From: an uncultured Fidelibacterota bacterium
Lineage (GTDB): Bacteria > Fidelibacterota > Marinisomatia > Marinisomatales > Marinisomataceae
Length of the DNA stretch: 64,000 nucleotides
Direction of reading: 5' to 3'
Assembly (NCBI GenBank): GCA_902538565.1
Contig: CACBFQ010000002.1
Span: 374,740-438,739 of the forward strand
Part shown: positions 1-9,550 of the stretch, piece after piece
Layout: every line of letters begins with the position of its first letter
How positions within the stretch are numbered: the first letter of the stretch is position 1
The notes under the pieces: model-generated
Told to the model about the DNA's origin: nothing
Databases searched by the model: none
Seen by the model: only the letters and a program-made list of their open reading frames with translations
Made by a program: the position numbers and the translations under genes

Positions 1-1440
1 AATCTTTGATCCTGATTCTAATTTACCCCAAACTAATTTTACATCATTAGTACCTAGAATATCTAAAATATCTTTGGTTTTTGAAGGCATTACAGGAGAT
101 AACATTACAGCAGCTAACCTCAAGGATTCTGCGCAATGATATAATATATTTCCAGCCTGTACTTTGTCACTTTTTACTAATTTCCATGGTTCGTTTTGTT
201 CCATAAAAACATTAATACTACGAATGAAAGTCATTATATCATTAATTACTTTATCAATCTGTAAATTATCTAATTGTTCTTTTAAAACTATTTTCTGAAA
301 ATTGGTAGAAAGATCAGATTCTACTAAACTGCATTCTGGAATTTTTTCATCAAAATTATTCTTTATTAAAGTTGAAACTCTGCTCACTAAATTGCCAAAA
401 TCATTAGCTAAGTCACTATTATATTTTTTTTCAAAAGATTCTGATGAAAATGTTGCATCCATACCTAAAACCATTTCAGACATTAGATAATATCTTACAG
501 AATCAACTCCGAAGTCATCTATTAACATTAAGGGACTTACAACATTTCCTAATGATTTACTCATTTTCTGATCATCTGTCAGCCACCATCCATGTGCAAA
601 AATTCTTTGCGGTAATGACAACCCTAATGATAGCAACATTGTAGGCCAATAAACCGAATGAGTAGTTAAAATATCCTTACCAATTAAATGAACATCTGCA
701 GGCCATAAAGAAGAAAACTGCTCATCATTGCTATATGCTCCAATAGCTGATATATAATTGATGAGTGCATCAAACCATACATATGTGACATAATTATCAT
801 CAAAAGGTAGTTCTATTCCCCACTCAAGACGAGATTTTGGTCTAGAAATGCAAAGATCAGATAATTCATTTTTAAGAAAACCAAGCACCTCATTCTTTCT
901 GCTTTTTGGCTGAATTAACAATTCCTCTTTTTCAATCTTATCTATTAAGGTCCCTTGGTATTTACTCATTCTGAAAAAATAATTTTTTTCCTTTATTTGT
1001 TTTACCTGACCAAATTGACCAGAATCAAGCTCCTTTTCTGTAATAAACCTTTCTTCAGAGATTGAATACCATCCTTCGTATTCGTCCATATATATGTCAC
1101 CTGATTCATGAACTTTTGTTAAAATTTGTTGAACAATCTTTGTATGTCTATGTTCCGTAGTCCTAATGAAATCAGAATAGTTGATATTTAATTTTTCCCA
1201 CAAATCTATAAATGCAGGAGCCATTGAATCGCAGTGCTCCTGAGGCGCCTTTCCATTTTTTTCTGCTGCTTGCTGGACTTTTAACCCATGCTCATCTAAT
1301 CCAGTTAAAAAAGTGGGTTTTTCTCCTATTAAAGCCCTAAATCTTGAAATGGTATCTGCAAGTATTGTTGTATATGCATGGCCAATATGAGGCTTATCAT
1401 TCACATAATATATTGGTGTAGTTATATAATACTTTTTCAT
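1..1440 (-). CDS. metG: Methionyl-tRNA synthetase (3' end runs off the window)
   Basis: Absent from the ORF track. Manual translation from ATG at 1440 gives MKKYYITTPIYYVNDKPHIGHAYTTILAD (HIGH motif), later AHGWWLTDDQKMSKSLGN (KMSKS motif) and YNSDLANDFGNLVSR. Confidence 0.97.
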   Translation of the reverse strand, partial: MKKYYITTPIYYVNDKPHIGHAYTTILADTISRFRALIGEKPTFLTGLDEHGLKVQQAAEKNGKAPQEHCDSMAPAFIDLWEKLNINYSDFIRTTEHRHTKIVQQILTKVHESGDIYMDEYEGWYSISEERFITEKELDSGQFGQVKQIKEKNYFFRMSKYQGTLIDKIEKEELLIQPKSRKNEVLGFLKNELSDLCISRPKSRLEWGIELPFDDNYVTYVWFDALINYISAIGAYSNDEQFSSLWPADVHLIGKDILTTHSVYWPTMLLSLGLSLPQRIFAHGWWLTDDQKMSKSLGNVVSPLMLIDDFGVDSVRYYLMSEMVLGMDATFSSESFEKKYNSDLANDFGNLVSRVSTLIKNNFDEKIPECSLVESDLSTNFQKIVLKEQLDNLQIDKVINDIMTFIRSINVFMEQNEPWKLVKSDKVQAGNILYHCAESLRLAAVMLSPVMPSKTKDILDILGTNDVKLVWGKLESGSKI

Positions 1441-1443
1441 GTG

Positions 1444-2508
1444 CTAATTTAACGCCTTATTTGAATTAATAATCATGTTCATTAATGATAACCTGGGATT
1501 TGCATTACCATCAAGCACACTTATTAGCTTTTCAATGTTTTCAATTAATTTGATATGATCCATTTTTTTATATTTTTTATTAATAATTAACGCTAATTCT
1601 TCTAATTCCTCGAATTCAATATCATAACCAACGGACTGATTAATCATTGAAATAAGCTTAATGAACTTCCTAATTACCGATAGGTGAAAATCAAATTCAT
1701 TTCTTGAGGATTTATAAAGGCTTTCGATTCTATCTATAAAACCTGAAATAGATTCTGCATTCTTATATCTAATTGCATTAAAATAATCTTTTATGCAATC
1801 TAGAATTTCCTCTTTGTCAAAAGAATTAAGTGAATTGAGTGCATTCAAATTATTATCTGTAATAAAAGAAATGAAATTAGAAGATAATTGGTTGTTTTTT
1901 GCAAAAAATTGTGCAATTGAGTCGTTTGTTAATCTAGGAACATATACAGACTGACATCGTGATTTGATTGTTGGCATTACCTTGTCAATATAATCGGTTA
2001 CTAAAATAAATGTAGTATTGCTAGGTGGTTCTTCTAACACTTTTAAAAGCATATTTGCTGATTCACCACTTCCATGAGATAATGCTTCAGAGTTAAAAAT
2101 TACTACAATCTTTCTACCACTGGTCTTAAAGTAGATTTTCTCTTTTAAATTATTAATTGTTACAACAGGAATATTATTACTATCAGATAAAGCCTTTTTC
2201 AAAAAAGGATTGTACATTTTATTACTTAAAAATTCTTTCCATTGACTATACTCATCAGTCTCAAATGTTTTGCTTTTAAATAAATTCTGGTAAAAATCTT
2301 TTGATGCCGGAGCAATGAAAGTAATATTTTCATTAGAAACCAAATCAGTTATTTTTGATGATAAAATCTGAGCTACGAATTGCAATGCTAATGCTTCTTT
2401 ACCTGAGCCAGATGGTCCATAAATGATGTAAGCATTTGAAATTTTTTCTTCTTTTATGGCATTTTCAAACTTTTGCCATGATCCACTTTGTATTTGACTA
2501 ATTTCCAT
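1444..2508 (-). CDS. holB: DNA polymerase III delta' subunit (clamp loader)
   Basis: AYIIYGPSGSGKE Walker A-like motif; ANMLLKVLEEPPSNTTFILVT and PTIKSRCQ are typical of HolB/DnaX. Confidence 0.82.
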   Translation of the reverse strand: MEISQIQSGSWQKFENAIKEEKISNAYIIYGPSGSGKEALALQFVAQILSSKITDLVSNENITFIAPASKDFYQNLFKSKTFETDEYSQWKEFLSNKMYNPFLKKALSDSNNIPVVTINNLKEKIYFKTSGRKIVVIFNSEALSHGSGESANMLLKVLEEPPSNTTFILVTDYIDKVMPTIKSRCQSVYVPRLTNDSIAQFFAKNNQLSSNFISFITDNNLNALNSLNSFDKEEILDCIKDYFNAIRYKNAESISGFIDRIESLYKSSRNEFDFHLSVIRKFIKLISMINQSVGYDIEFEELEELALIINKKYKKMDHIKLIENIEKLISVLDGNANPRLSLMNMIINSNKALN

Positions 2509-3667
2509 TAACTAACCATTTTTCTGGATTTAATTTTTGATTATTACCCCAAATTTCAAAATGAATAATATTATCATTTGATACATAGCCAATATTTTGG
2601 CCCTTTTTAACATTCATATTTTCTGATATTAACAAATTTTCTAAATGAGTAAAAACAGTGTAGTAACTATTGTTGTGATCGATTATCACAGTGGTTCCGT
2701 ATCCAGCTATAAATGTAATGGTTGATACATAGCCATCAAAGACACTTTTAACTGGAAGTGTTGCTCTTGCGCTAATATCAATACCCGGATTATCTAAAGT
2801 AGTATTCAAACGAGGATTCCATTGTGGTCCAAATGTTTTAACGACTTTCCCCTGAACAGGCCAATCTAACTTTCCTTTATAATTCCTTATATCCTTATCA
2901 ATTCTTTTTAAACTAGCTAACTGCTGCTCATTATACTTTTTTTTATCCGAAATAATTTGCTTACGAAGTTTTTCCAAAGCATCAATTTGTTGTAATTGTA
3001 TTGCGATCTCAGCTTTTACTTCATTCTCTTCCTTTTTGAGTTGTTTCAGTAACTTTTCTTGATATCTTTTCTTCTGATTTAAACTAGATATTTCTGTTTT
3101 TTTGTAATTTTTACTTTCTTCAACCTTATACAGCAATCCAGAAATTTCAGAAGTTTTTTGCTTATTAAACTTTTGTGTAGTTTTTATTTTATCAACGGAC
3201 TTTTGATTTATCTCTGAAATTATATTAAAGTATTTTAGACGGTAAATCATCTGCGAAAAACTTTTGGAATTAAAGATGTAATTTGAAAGATCGTTATTTC
3301 TATTTTTATAAAGACTTATTGATCTTATTTCATAAGATTTTTTTATTTCATTAATGGATTGATTATTTCTAATGATTGCATTTTCAAGATTCACTAATTG
3401 CTTATTATAAAGGCTTATTTTTTTGTCATATGCATTAATTAATGCATTAGAATTTTTAATATTTCTTCTTGTTAGATCAATTATATCTTTTGTTTTTTTT
3501 GATTGAGTTTTCAATTTTTCAACTTCTTTATTTCCTGAATTGATAGAGGCTTTAAGTCTATTAATCTGTTCTTCAGCATCTTTAATTGATTTATCAAAGC
3601 TTTGATCTTGATTAAATGCTAATGAAGTTATCAAAAGTATTATGAGATAAAATTTAAGTTTTTTCAT
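2498..3667 (-). CDS. EnvC-like murein hydrolase activator (signal peptide, coiled coil, degenerate M23/LytM domain)
   Basis: Signal peptide and long coiled coil; C-terminal LDWPVQG..FG..NPGIDI..VFDGYV..GYGTTVIIDH..HFEIW. The first Zn-binding His of HxxxD is replaced by Asn. Confidence 0.78.
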   Translation of the reverse strand: MKKLKFYLIILLITSLAFNQDQSFDKSIKDAEEQINRLKASINSGNKEVEKLKTQSKKTKDIIDLTRRNIKNSNALINAYDKKISLYNKQLVNLENAIIRNNQSINEIKKSYEIRSISLYKNRNNDLSNYIFNSKSFSQMIYRLKYFNIISEINQKSVDKIKTTQKFNKQKTSEISGLLYKVEESKNYKKTEISSLNQKKRYQEKLLKQLKKEENEVKAEIAIQLQQIDALEKLRKQIISDKKKYNEQQLASLKRIDKDIRNYKGKLDWPVQGKVVKTFGPQWNPRLNTTLDNPGIDISARATLPVKSVFDGYVSTITFIAGYGTTVIIDHNNSYYTVFTHLENLLISENMNVKKGQNIGYVSNDNIIHFEIWGNNQKLNPEKWLVNGN

Positions 3668-3689
3668 TTAAATAAAATTAAAACCTAAA

Positions 3690-4277
3690 TTGTTAATAAT
3701 GATTAAAAAACTAAATATAACTGCATTATTAATAATGCTAATGCTCGTCAATCAGCTATTTGCTCAATCAGATAAAATATTATTATATGGAAATTGTAAT
3801 ATTGATGAAGCAAATAAGTTATCAGAATACCTTAAAACTACTTCAAATATTGATTTAGCATTTGAAATAAGTGATGAAGCTAATTTAGTATTTTCTAAAT
3901 ATGCCATAATATTTCTATGCGGCAATTCTTATTTAAAATTATCAGAAACTCATATTCAAGATTTAAATAGACAAATTTTGAATGGAAGTTTATTATTAAT
4001 TGATAATTATAAGTCTGATTATACATTATCAATCTTTCTTAAGAAGCTACTAGCCGAATACCCTGAAAGAAATAATTCCATTTCAGAAGTTTTCATAAAT
4101 AATCCATATAGAGTCAATTTTGAACAATTACAGTTTAAAACGAAACAAATATACATTAGTGAAAAGCTTAGAGTTTTAGCTTTGAAAGAAGAAAGTATTT
4201 TTGAAAGTGAGCTTAATGAGGATAACAACTTAAGATTTGGGTCTAGTATTATATTTAATTACTTAATTGGAAACTAA
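3690..4277 (+). CDS. Secreted hypothetical protein, possibly divergent DUF4159 family
   Basis: Signal-peptide-like N-terminus; IIFLCGNSYLKLSE..NGSLLLIDNY resembles the DUF4159 pattern as I recall it. Confidence 0.45.
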   Translation: MLIMIKKLNITALLIMLMLVNQLFAQSDKILLYGNCNIDEANKLSEYLKTTSNIDLAFEISDEANLVFSKYAIIFLCGNSYLKLSETHIQDLNRQILNGSLLLIDNYKSDYTLSIFLKKLLAEYPERNNSISEVFINNPYRVNFEQLQFKTKQIYISEKLRVLALKEESIFESELNEDNNLRFGSSIIFNYLIGN

Positions 4278-4696
4278 GTTTTACTTTTCTCTGCTTCAAA
4301 AACTCTCCTTCTAAGCTCTGAAGTAGAATAACCATGGTCTCTCGTATTAAAAATACATTTAATAGGGAGCTCATGTCCTGTAAAAGGCTTTCCTTCATGA
4401 TCTGCACCAAGAATTCTTACATCTGGCTGCATATTTTTTAAAACCTCAATTAAGTCAGCTTCGGTATCATATGTTACCACCTCATCAACAAACTTTAGAG
4501 AACTTACTATACCTATTCTTTCTTCATGTGATTGAACAGGTTTATTTTTTTCAGGACGATCTATGCTAGGATCAGATTGAACTCCAACAATTAAGTAGTC
4601 GCAATATTCCTTACATTCTTCAAACATCAAAGCATGGCCGTAATGACAAAGATCAAAAGAACCAAAAGTTATTCCAACGATTTTATTTTTCTTCAT
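4274..4696 (-). CDS. Cytidylyltransferase-family nucleotidyltransferase (TagD/RfaE2-like)
   Basis: GSFDLCHYGH (HxGH motif), LIVGVQSD, KFVDEV and C-terminal YSTSELR. Confidence 0.85.
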   Translation of the reverse strand: MKKNKIVGITFGSFDLCHYGHALMFEECKEYCDYLIVGVQSDPSIDRPEKNKPVQSHEERIGIVSSLKFVDEVVTYDTEADLIEVLKNMQPDVRILGADHEGKPFTGHELPIKCIFNTRDHGYSTSELRRRVFEAEKSKT

Positions 4697-5453
4697 GCTT
4701 AGCTTTTTCCCAATAATTTAATAGTTGCCTTAATGATATATCTTCAATTTTTTGATTATTTTTTTGTACAATTTTTTCAATAAAATTAAATCGTCTATAA
4801 AATTTCTGATTGGTCTTTCTTAGTGCTAAATCAGCTGAAATATCGAAAAATCTTGCAAGATTAACTATAGTAATTAATAAATCTCCAATTTCCTCTTCAA
4901 TATTATTTAAATCATTATTGTTTATAGCCTGCTTTAGCTCTCCTAATTCTTCGTCAACTTTATCCATTGCTTGAGAAAAGTTTTCCCATTCAAAACCTAC
5001 AGCGCCTGTTTTATCTTGATATCTTTGGGCTACAATTAGAGCTGAAAGTGATTTAGGCATACCATCAAGAATGGATTCTCTATTTTTTTCGCTCTTTTTA
5101 ATAAGCTCCCAATTTTTTGCATTGGATAAATCTTCACCATCATAGTTTTTGTCAAAAATTTGAGGATGTCTTTTAATTAATTTTTCATTTATTTGTTGGA
5201 CAACATCCTCAAACGCGAATGTTTTTTTCTCAGAAGCTATGACTGCTTGAAAAACTACATGAAGAAGCAAATCTCCTAACTCCTCTTTCAAATTTTCAGA
5301 ATTTTTTTCTAATACTGCATCTACCACCTCATTTGCTTCTTCAATTAAATGTGGCGTCAATGATTCTGAAGTTTGCTTTCTGTCCCAATCACAACCATTA
5401 TTAGATCTTAGCTTAATTACTATATCAATTAATTCTTTTACTGCTTCACTCAC
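4683..5453 (-). CDS. mazG: Nucleoside triphosphate pyrophosphohydrolase MazG (two domains)
   Basis: KLRSNNGCDWDRKQT, IEEANEVVDA, EELGDLLLHVVF, second domain EEEIGDLL; GTG start. Confidence 0.93.
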   Translation of the reverse strand: MSEAVKELIDIVIKLRSNNGCDWDRKQTSESLTPHLIEEANEVVDAVLEKNSENLKEELGDLLLHVVFQAVIASEKKTFAFEDVVQQINEKLIKRHPQIFDKNYDGEDLSNAKNWELIKKSEKNRESILDGMPKSLSALIVAQRYQDKTGAVGFEWENFSQAMDKVDEELGELKQAINNNDLNNIEEEIGDLLITIVNLARFFDISADLALRKTNQKFYRRFNFIEKIVQKNNQKIEDISLRQLLNYWEKAKHEEK

Positions 5454-5880
5454 TACAAACGCTTCCTGAAAAATTGGAAATAATCTCTTCTTGTTTTAAA
5501 AACATAATTTTTTTGGAATCTTCTGTATCATCGTTAAACCCAGTTAAATGCAATACCCCATGAATTATAAGCCTACTAAGCTCATTATCAAGCGAAACAT
5601 TAAATTCCTTGGAATTTATCCTGGCCATTTCAACACTGATGTATATTTCAGCTTCTAAACCATCATCATTCTTAATGGGAAAAGTAACTACATCTGTTAA
5701 CACATCATCATTAAAATATTCTTTTTTAAAAGAGTTCAACTTATCATTATCACAGAAAATCAAGTTGATTTTAACCTGATTATATTTAGCTGTCTCAAGT
5801 GATAAATTTATTAATTGAATGATATGATCTTTATGTAAATCAATATCTTTACGTTCATTAAAAATATTTATTTCATTCAT
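5446..5880 (-). CDS. ybeY: rRNA maturation endoribonuclease YbeY
   Basis: TDVVTFP and IIHGVLHLTGFND metal-binding motif. Start moved to ATG 5880 (MNEINIF), which overlaps the upstream stop. Confidence 0.9.
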   Translation of the reverse strand: MNEINIFNERKDIDLHKDHIIQLINLSLETAKYNQVKINLIFCDNDKLNSFKKEYFNDDVLTDVVTFPIKNDDGLEAEIYISVEMARINSKEFNVSLDNELSRLIIHGVLHLTGFNDDTEDSKKIMFLKQEEIISNFSGSVCSE

Positions 5881-8155
5881 TATCTTTTGATGGATATTCA
5901 GGTCTAGAATGGTACAATCCCGATAGTACTGGTAACAAACCATGTTTACCATCTCTTCTACCTTTAATTTTTTGAAGATCTTCCATTGTTAGCGGACATT
6001 CGTCTAATTGCCCGTCTTCTAATCTACTTCGAATTGCTTTATCAATCATAGCTTCAAATTTTTCTAACGTTGGATTTTTTAGTGAGTTCGCTTGTGCTTC
6101 AATTGCTTCAGCTAACATAACAATTCCTGTTTCTTTTGATGAAGGTTTTGGCCCAGGATATCTAAATTCATTCTCATCAACTTTGCTATCATTTTCTAAT
6201 GCTTTTTTGTAGAAAAACTCCATTCTATTTTTGGCATGGTGGGTTTCAATAAAATCTTTAACAATATTTGGTAATCCATATTCATCAGCTAAAGAAAGGC
6301 CATCAGTAACATGTTGTTTTAAAATTTTTGCACTCATGTGTGGGGTGATAGAATCGTGCTTATTTTCCCCAGTTTGATTTTCTGCATAATATTCTGGCTT
6401 TTTAATTTTTCCTATATCATGATAATATGATCCAACTCTGCATAACAGTGCTCTTGCTCCAATAGCATTTGCACAAGATTCCGCTAGAGTTCCTACTTTC
6501 ACACTGTGAGTGTGAGTTCCTGGAGCATCTTCCATCAATTTCTTTAATAAAGGCTGATCATAATCAAGCAATTCAATTAAGCTCAAATCTGTAGTTATTC
6601 CAAAAAATGATTCAAATAATGGTACAAGTCCAAATGCTAAAATTGGACATAAAAAACTTGAAAGAGCTAAATAACCAACTGTTGAATAGTTATAATCTAG
6701 GAAATCAATTCCTTTAAAAAGCATTACAGAGAAAAATACAAACAAACTACAGAATACCAGGGTTAACATAGTTATAATGATTTGTCTTCTTTTTCGTAAT
6801 TTTCTTACACTTAAAATTGCAATAAATGATATAAAAAACTGTACTATTGCAAAGTCTAAATCATTTCCAATGAGCAACGAGACTAAAAGTATTAATATTG
6901 TTGATGAGATAAGAGAAACCGTGGTATCTAGCAATACTGTTAATAAAATTGAAAACATTGCAATTGGAATGATGTAAGTAGGTAGTTGATAACTAACTAT
7001 AATCCAAGAAAAGAACACGATAAGGTACATCAATAATCCAATCAATAACAATAATTTAGATTCATTAAAATACTCGTTTCTATAAATGTAAAAGAAAGAA
7101 AAAAGTAAAAACAATAATATTGATACTACAAAAAAAGCTCCTAAATACTCTCTAAATTTATCTGCTGCCCTTTCATATCCAAGTCTTCTTTCAGATTCTA
7201 ATTGCAATGATTTTAACTTAAGTAGCACAGATTCAGTAATTCTATTATTTGTATCTACAATTAACTCATTAGCGAGTACAGTTCCTTGGAATCTTGATAC
7301 TTTATCTAATCTTTCTTTTTGTCTTGATTCAGTTAAATCTTTATCAAAAAGAATATTTGGTTTAGTAAATTCATTTATTAATTCATAGCTCAGAGTAGAT
7401 TTAATATCAAGCTCACTATCATATAACAGATTTACTTCTTCTCTATTTTTCTTCCAAGCTGCTTCAATATCGTTATAATTTCTTGTTGGGGCAATTACCA
7501 GCTCTCCTCCTTGAATAATACTTATTTCATCACTAAAAATATTCTCTAATGGCTCATCAATGATCCCTTCTGCCCATCTATTTAAACATATTTGCTTAAT
7601 CTGATTTTTGAATAATTCTAAATTAAGTGGCTCAGTAAGACCCTCATTAATACCCAACAACTGATCCCATTGAGTTTTATCAATCTGAAATTGGTATTGA
7701 TCAAGAAACTCGCTATACAATGTAACGTATGTGGTGCTGTCAGCAATAAAGCTAGATTGATAGCTCTCAAATTCTGGTTCATATCGATATTTATAAAGAG
7801 AGTCTTGAGATGAAATAAATAGATCGTGTGCTGAGTAAATATCATTTAAGTAAATAAAGAAAGTGTCAATTATTGCAATTTGATTATCTACAAAATCTTG
7901 ATCTCTTGAAAATGAAAATGGAACTGAATTTCGAGCTTCGTCCAAATCTTTAGTTAATTTTTGATCTGTCTTTAAAATCCCAAAATCAAATGGTGCAATT
8001 ATTGGCTCATTAGCAATATCATTTAATTGATAAGAATATCTAATGGAAAAACCTGTTGGGAATGTTAATGAGATTGCAAAAGAAAGACCAAAAAAAATCA
8101 GTATTGGAAATTTATTATTACTAAAAAAACTTTTTATTTTTTGAAAATTATTCAT
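5873..8155 (-). CDS. 7TM-HD (HDIG) membrane phosphohydrolase, PgpH/YqfF-like cyclic dinucleotide phosphodiesterase
   Basis: N-terminal TM, large extracytoplasmic domain, multi-TM block, then APGTHTHS..VGSYYHDIGK..HH..YPGPKP. Start moved to ATG 8155 (MNNFQK). Confidence 0.88.
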   Translation of the reverse strand: MNNFQKIKSFFSNNKFPILIFFGLSFAISLTFPTGFSIRYSYQLNDIANEPIIAPFDFGILKTDQKLTKDLDEARNSVPFSFSRDQDFVDNQIAIIDTFFIYLNDIYSAHDLFISSQDSLYKYRYEPEFESYQSSFIADSTTYVTLYSEFLDQYQFQIDKTQWDQLLGINEGLTEPLNLELFKNQIKQICLNRWAEGIIDEPLENIFSDEISIIQGGELVIAPTRNYNDIEAAWKKNREEVNLLYDSELDIKSTLSYELINEFTKPNILFDKDLTESRQKERLDKVSRFQGTVLANELIVDTNNRITESVLLKLKSLQLESERRLGYERAADKFREYLGAFFVVSILLFLLFSFFYIYRNEYFNESKLLLLIGLLMYLIVFFSWIIVSYQLPTYIIPIAMFSILLTVLLDTTVSLISSTILILLVSLLIGNDLDFAIVQFFISFIAILSVRKLRKRRQIIITMLTLVFCSLFVFFSVMLFKGIDFLDYNYSTVGYLALSSFLCPILAFGLVPLFESFFGITTDLSLIELLDYDQPLLKKLMEDAPGTHTHSVKVGTLAESCANAIGARALLCRVGSYYHDIGKIKKPEYYAENQTGENKHDSITPHMSAKILKQHVTDGLSLADEYGLPNIVKDFIETHHAKNRMEFFYKKALENDSKVDENEFRYPGPKPSSKETGIVMLAEAIEAQANSLKNPTLEKFEAMIDKAIRSRLEDGQLDECPLTMEDLQKIKGRRDGKHGLLPVLSGLYHSRPEYPSKDNE

Positions 8156-8156
8156 T

Positions 8157-9155
8157 TTACCATTTAATAGCTGCCGATGCCCAAGTGTACCCAGCACCAA
8201 AAGCAGTTAAAACAATATTGTCACCTTTAACCAACTTACCTTCTTCTATTGCTTCGCATAGAGCAATTGGAATAGTAGCTGCTGTTGTATTACCATATTT
8301 ATGAATATTAATATACATTTTTTCCATAGGTAATTTCATTCTTTCAGCACATGCTTCTAGAATTCTTCTATTCGCTTGATGTGCTACTACTAAAGAAACT
8401 TGATCAATGGATAAATTATTATGTTCTAAGGCAATATTAATTGCTTCTGGCATTCTTTTAACTGCATTTTTAAATACTTCCCTTCCATTTTGATGTGGAA
8501 TATGATGCCGATCTTCGACAATTTTAGCATCGATTCTTAATGGATTAAAAACTGATCCTGGAGCTTTTGCTCGTAGATGCTCTACACCATCTCCATCAGC
8601 AAATAAGTGTGTTGATAAGATTTGGCTATCATCATCTGATTCTTGCAGCACTACAGCACCTGATCCGTCACCAAATAATACACCTGTTGCTCTTCCTTCT
8701 GGAGTTCTTTCTATGATAGTTGACATTAAATCTGATCCAACTAATAACACATTACTATATTTTCCTGATTTAATATATTGATCTCCCATTTCAAGTAAAT
8801 AAATAAAGGCTGAACAAGCTGCACTTATATCATATGCTGGAATGTTTGATGTAATTCCAAGCTTACGTTGAATAATAGGAGCCATGCCTGGAAAATTATA
8901 ATCAGAACTGACTGTTCCAACGATGATAGCGTCAATATCATTGGGTGTTATTCCAGCATTTTCTATTGCCTTAACACATGCTGGAAGAGCTAAATCAGAA
9001 TTAGCAGTTCCAGGAAGCACCCATCTTCGTTCTTTAATACCAGACCTGGTTTGAATCCATTCATCGGTTGTATCCATCATTTCTTCAATATCATGATTTT
9101 TCACAATATTGTCAGGAACATTAAATCCAATACCTGCTATTTTTGACATTTTCAT
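8157..9155 (-). CDS. fabH: 3-oxoacyl-ACP synthase III
   Basis: Cys-His-Asn triad in AACSAF, AHQAN and YGNTTAA; FGAGYTW at the C-terminus. Start moved to ATG 9155 (or 9149) because the ORF-track start lies inside rnpB. Confidence 0.93.
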   Translation of the reverse strand: MKMSKIAGIGFNVPDNIVKNHDIEEMMDTTDEWIQTRSGIKERRWVLPGTANSDLALPACVKAIENAGITPNDIDAIIVGTVSSDYNFPGMAPIIQRKLGITSNIPAYDISAACSAFIYLLEMGDQYIKSGKYSNVLLVGSDLMSTIIERTPEGRATGVLFGDGSGAVVLQESDDDSQILSTHLFADGDGVEHLRAKAPGSVFNPLRIDAKIVEDRHHIPHQNGREVFKNAVKRMPEAINIALEHNNLSIDQVSLVVAHQANRRILEACAERMKLPMEKMYINIHKYGNTTAATIPIALCEAIEEGKLVKGDNIVLTAFGAGYTWASAAIKW

Positions 9156-9167
9156 AATAATTTTTTT

Positions 9168-9505
9168 GAGCTGATTTATAAGCCGGGTTCTGTACATCTA
9201 TGATGCGATGATCATTCCTCTCTATCTTATATTTCTATAAAACTCTAGCAATCTACCCTTCCCTCAAATGATACGAGCAGTATCTCGGGTCTACGTGATC
9301 TTGCACCTAGTGGGGTTTACCAGCTAACAATGTTACCACTATTACTGGTGGTCTCTTACACCACCGTTTCACCCTTACCATTTACTGGCGGTCTACTTTC
9401 TGCTGCACTGTCCATATTCTCACGAATCCCACCTGTTAGGTGGCACTATGCTCTTTGGTGCCCGGACTTTCCTCTCGAAAAATCGAGTAATCATCCAATC
9501 AGCTC
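9168..9505 (-). ncRNA. rnpB: RNase P RNA, bacterial type A, compact
   Basis: Reverse complement contains GAGGAAAGUCCGGGC, AGUGCAGCAGAAAG, GUAAGGGUGAAAC, GGUAAACCCC and ACAGAACCCGGCUUAU; closing helix GAGCUGAUU/AAUCAGCUC. Confidence 0.97.
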
Positions 9506-9550
9506 TTGTGGATATAATAAGGGATAGATATTGAATTTAGAAGAAAAAAA

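Noticed and set aside
2498-3667. M23 domain missing a Zn ligand
   Set aside because: This degeneracy is the established state of EnvC-type amidase activators.
9156-9197. N-terminal extension of fabH in the ORF track
   Set aside because: It overlaps the 3' end of rnpB; the FabH fold begins at MKMSKIAG.
9330-9527. 65 aa plus-strand ORF
   Set aside because: Antisense shadow of the RNase P RNA, with no protein motif.
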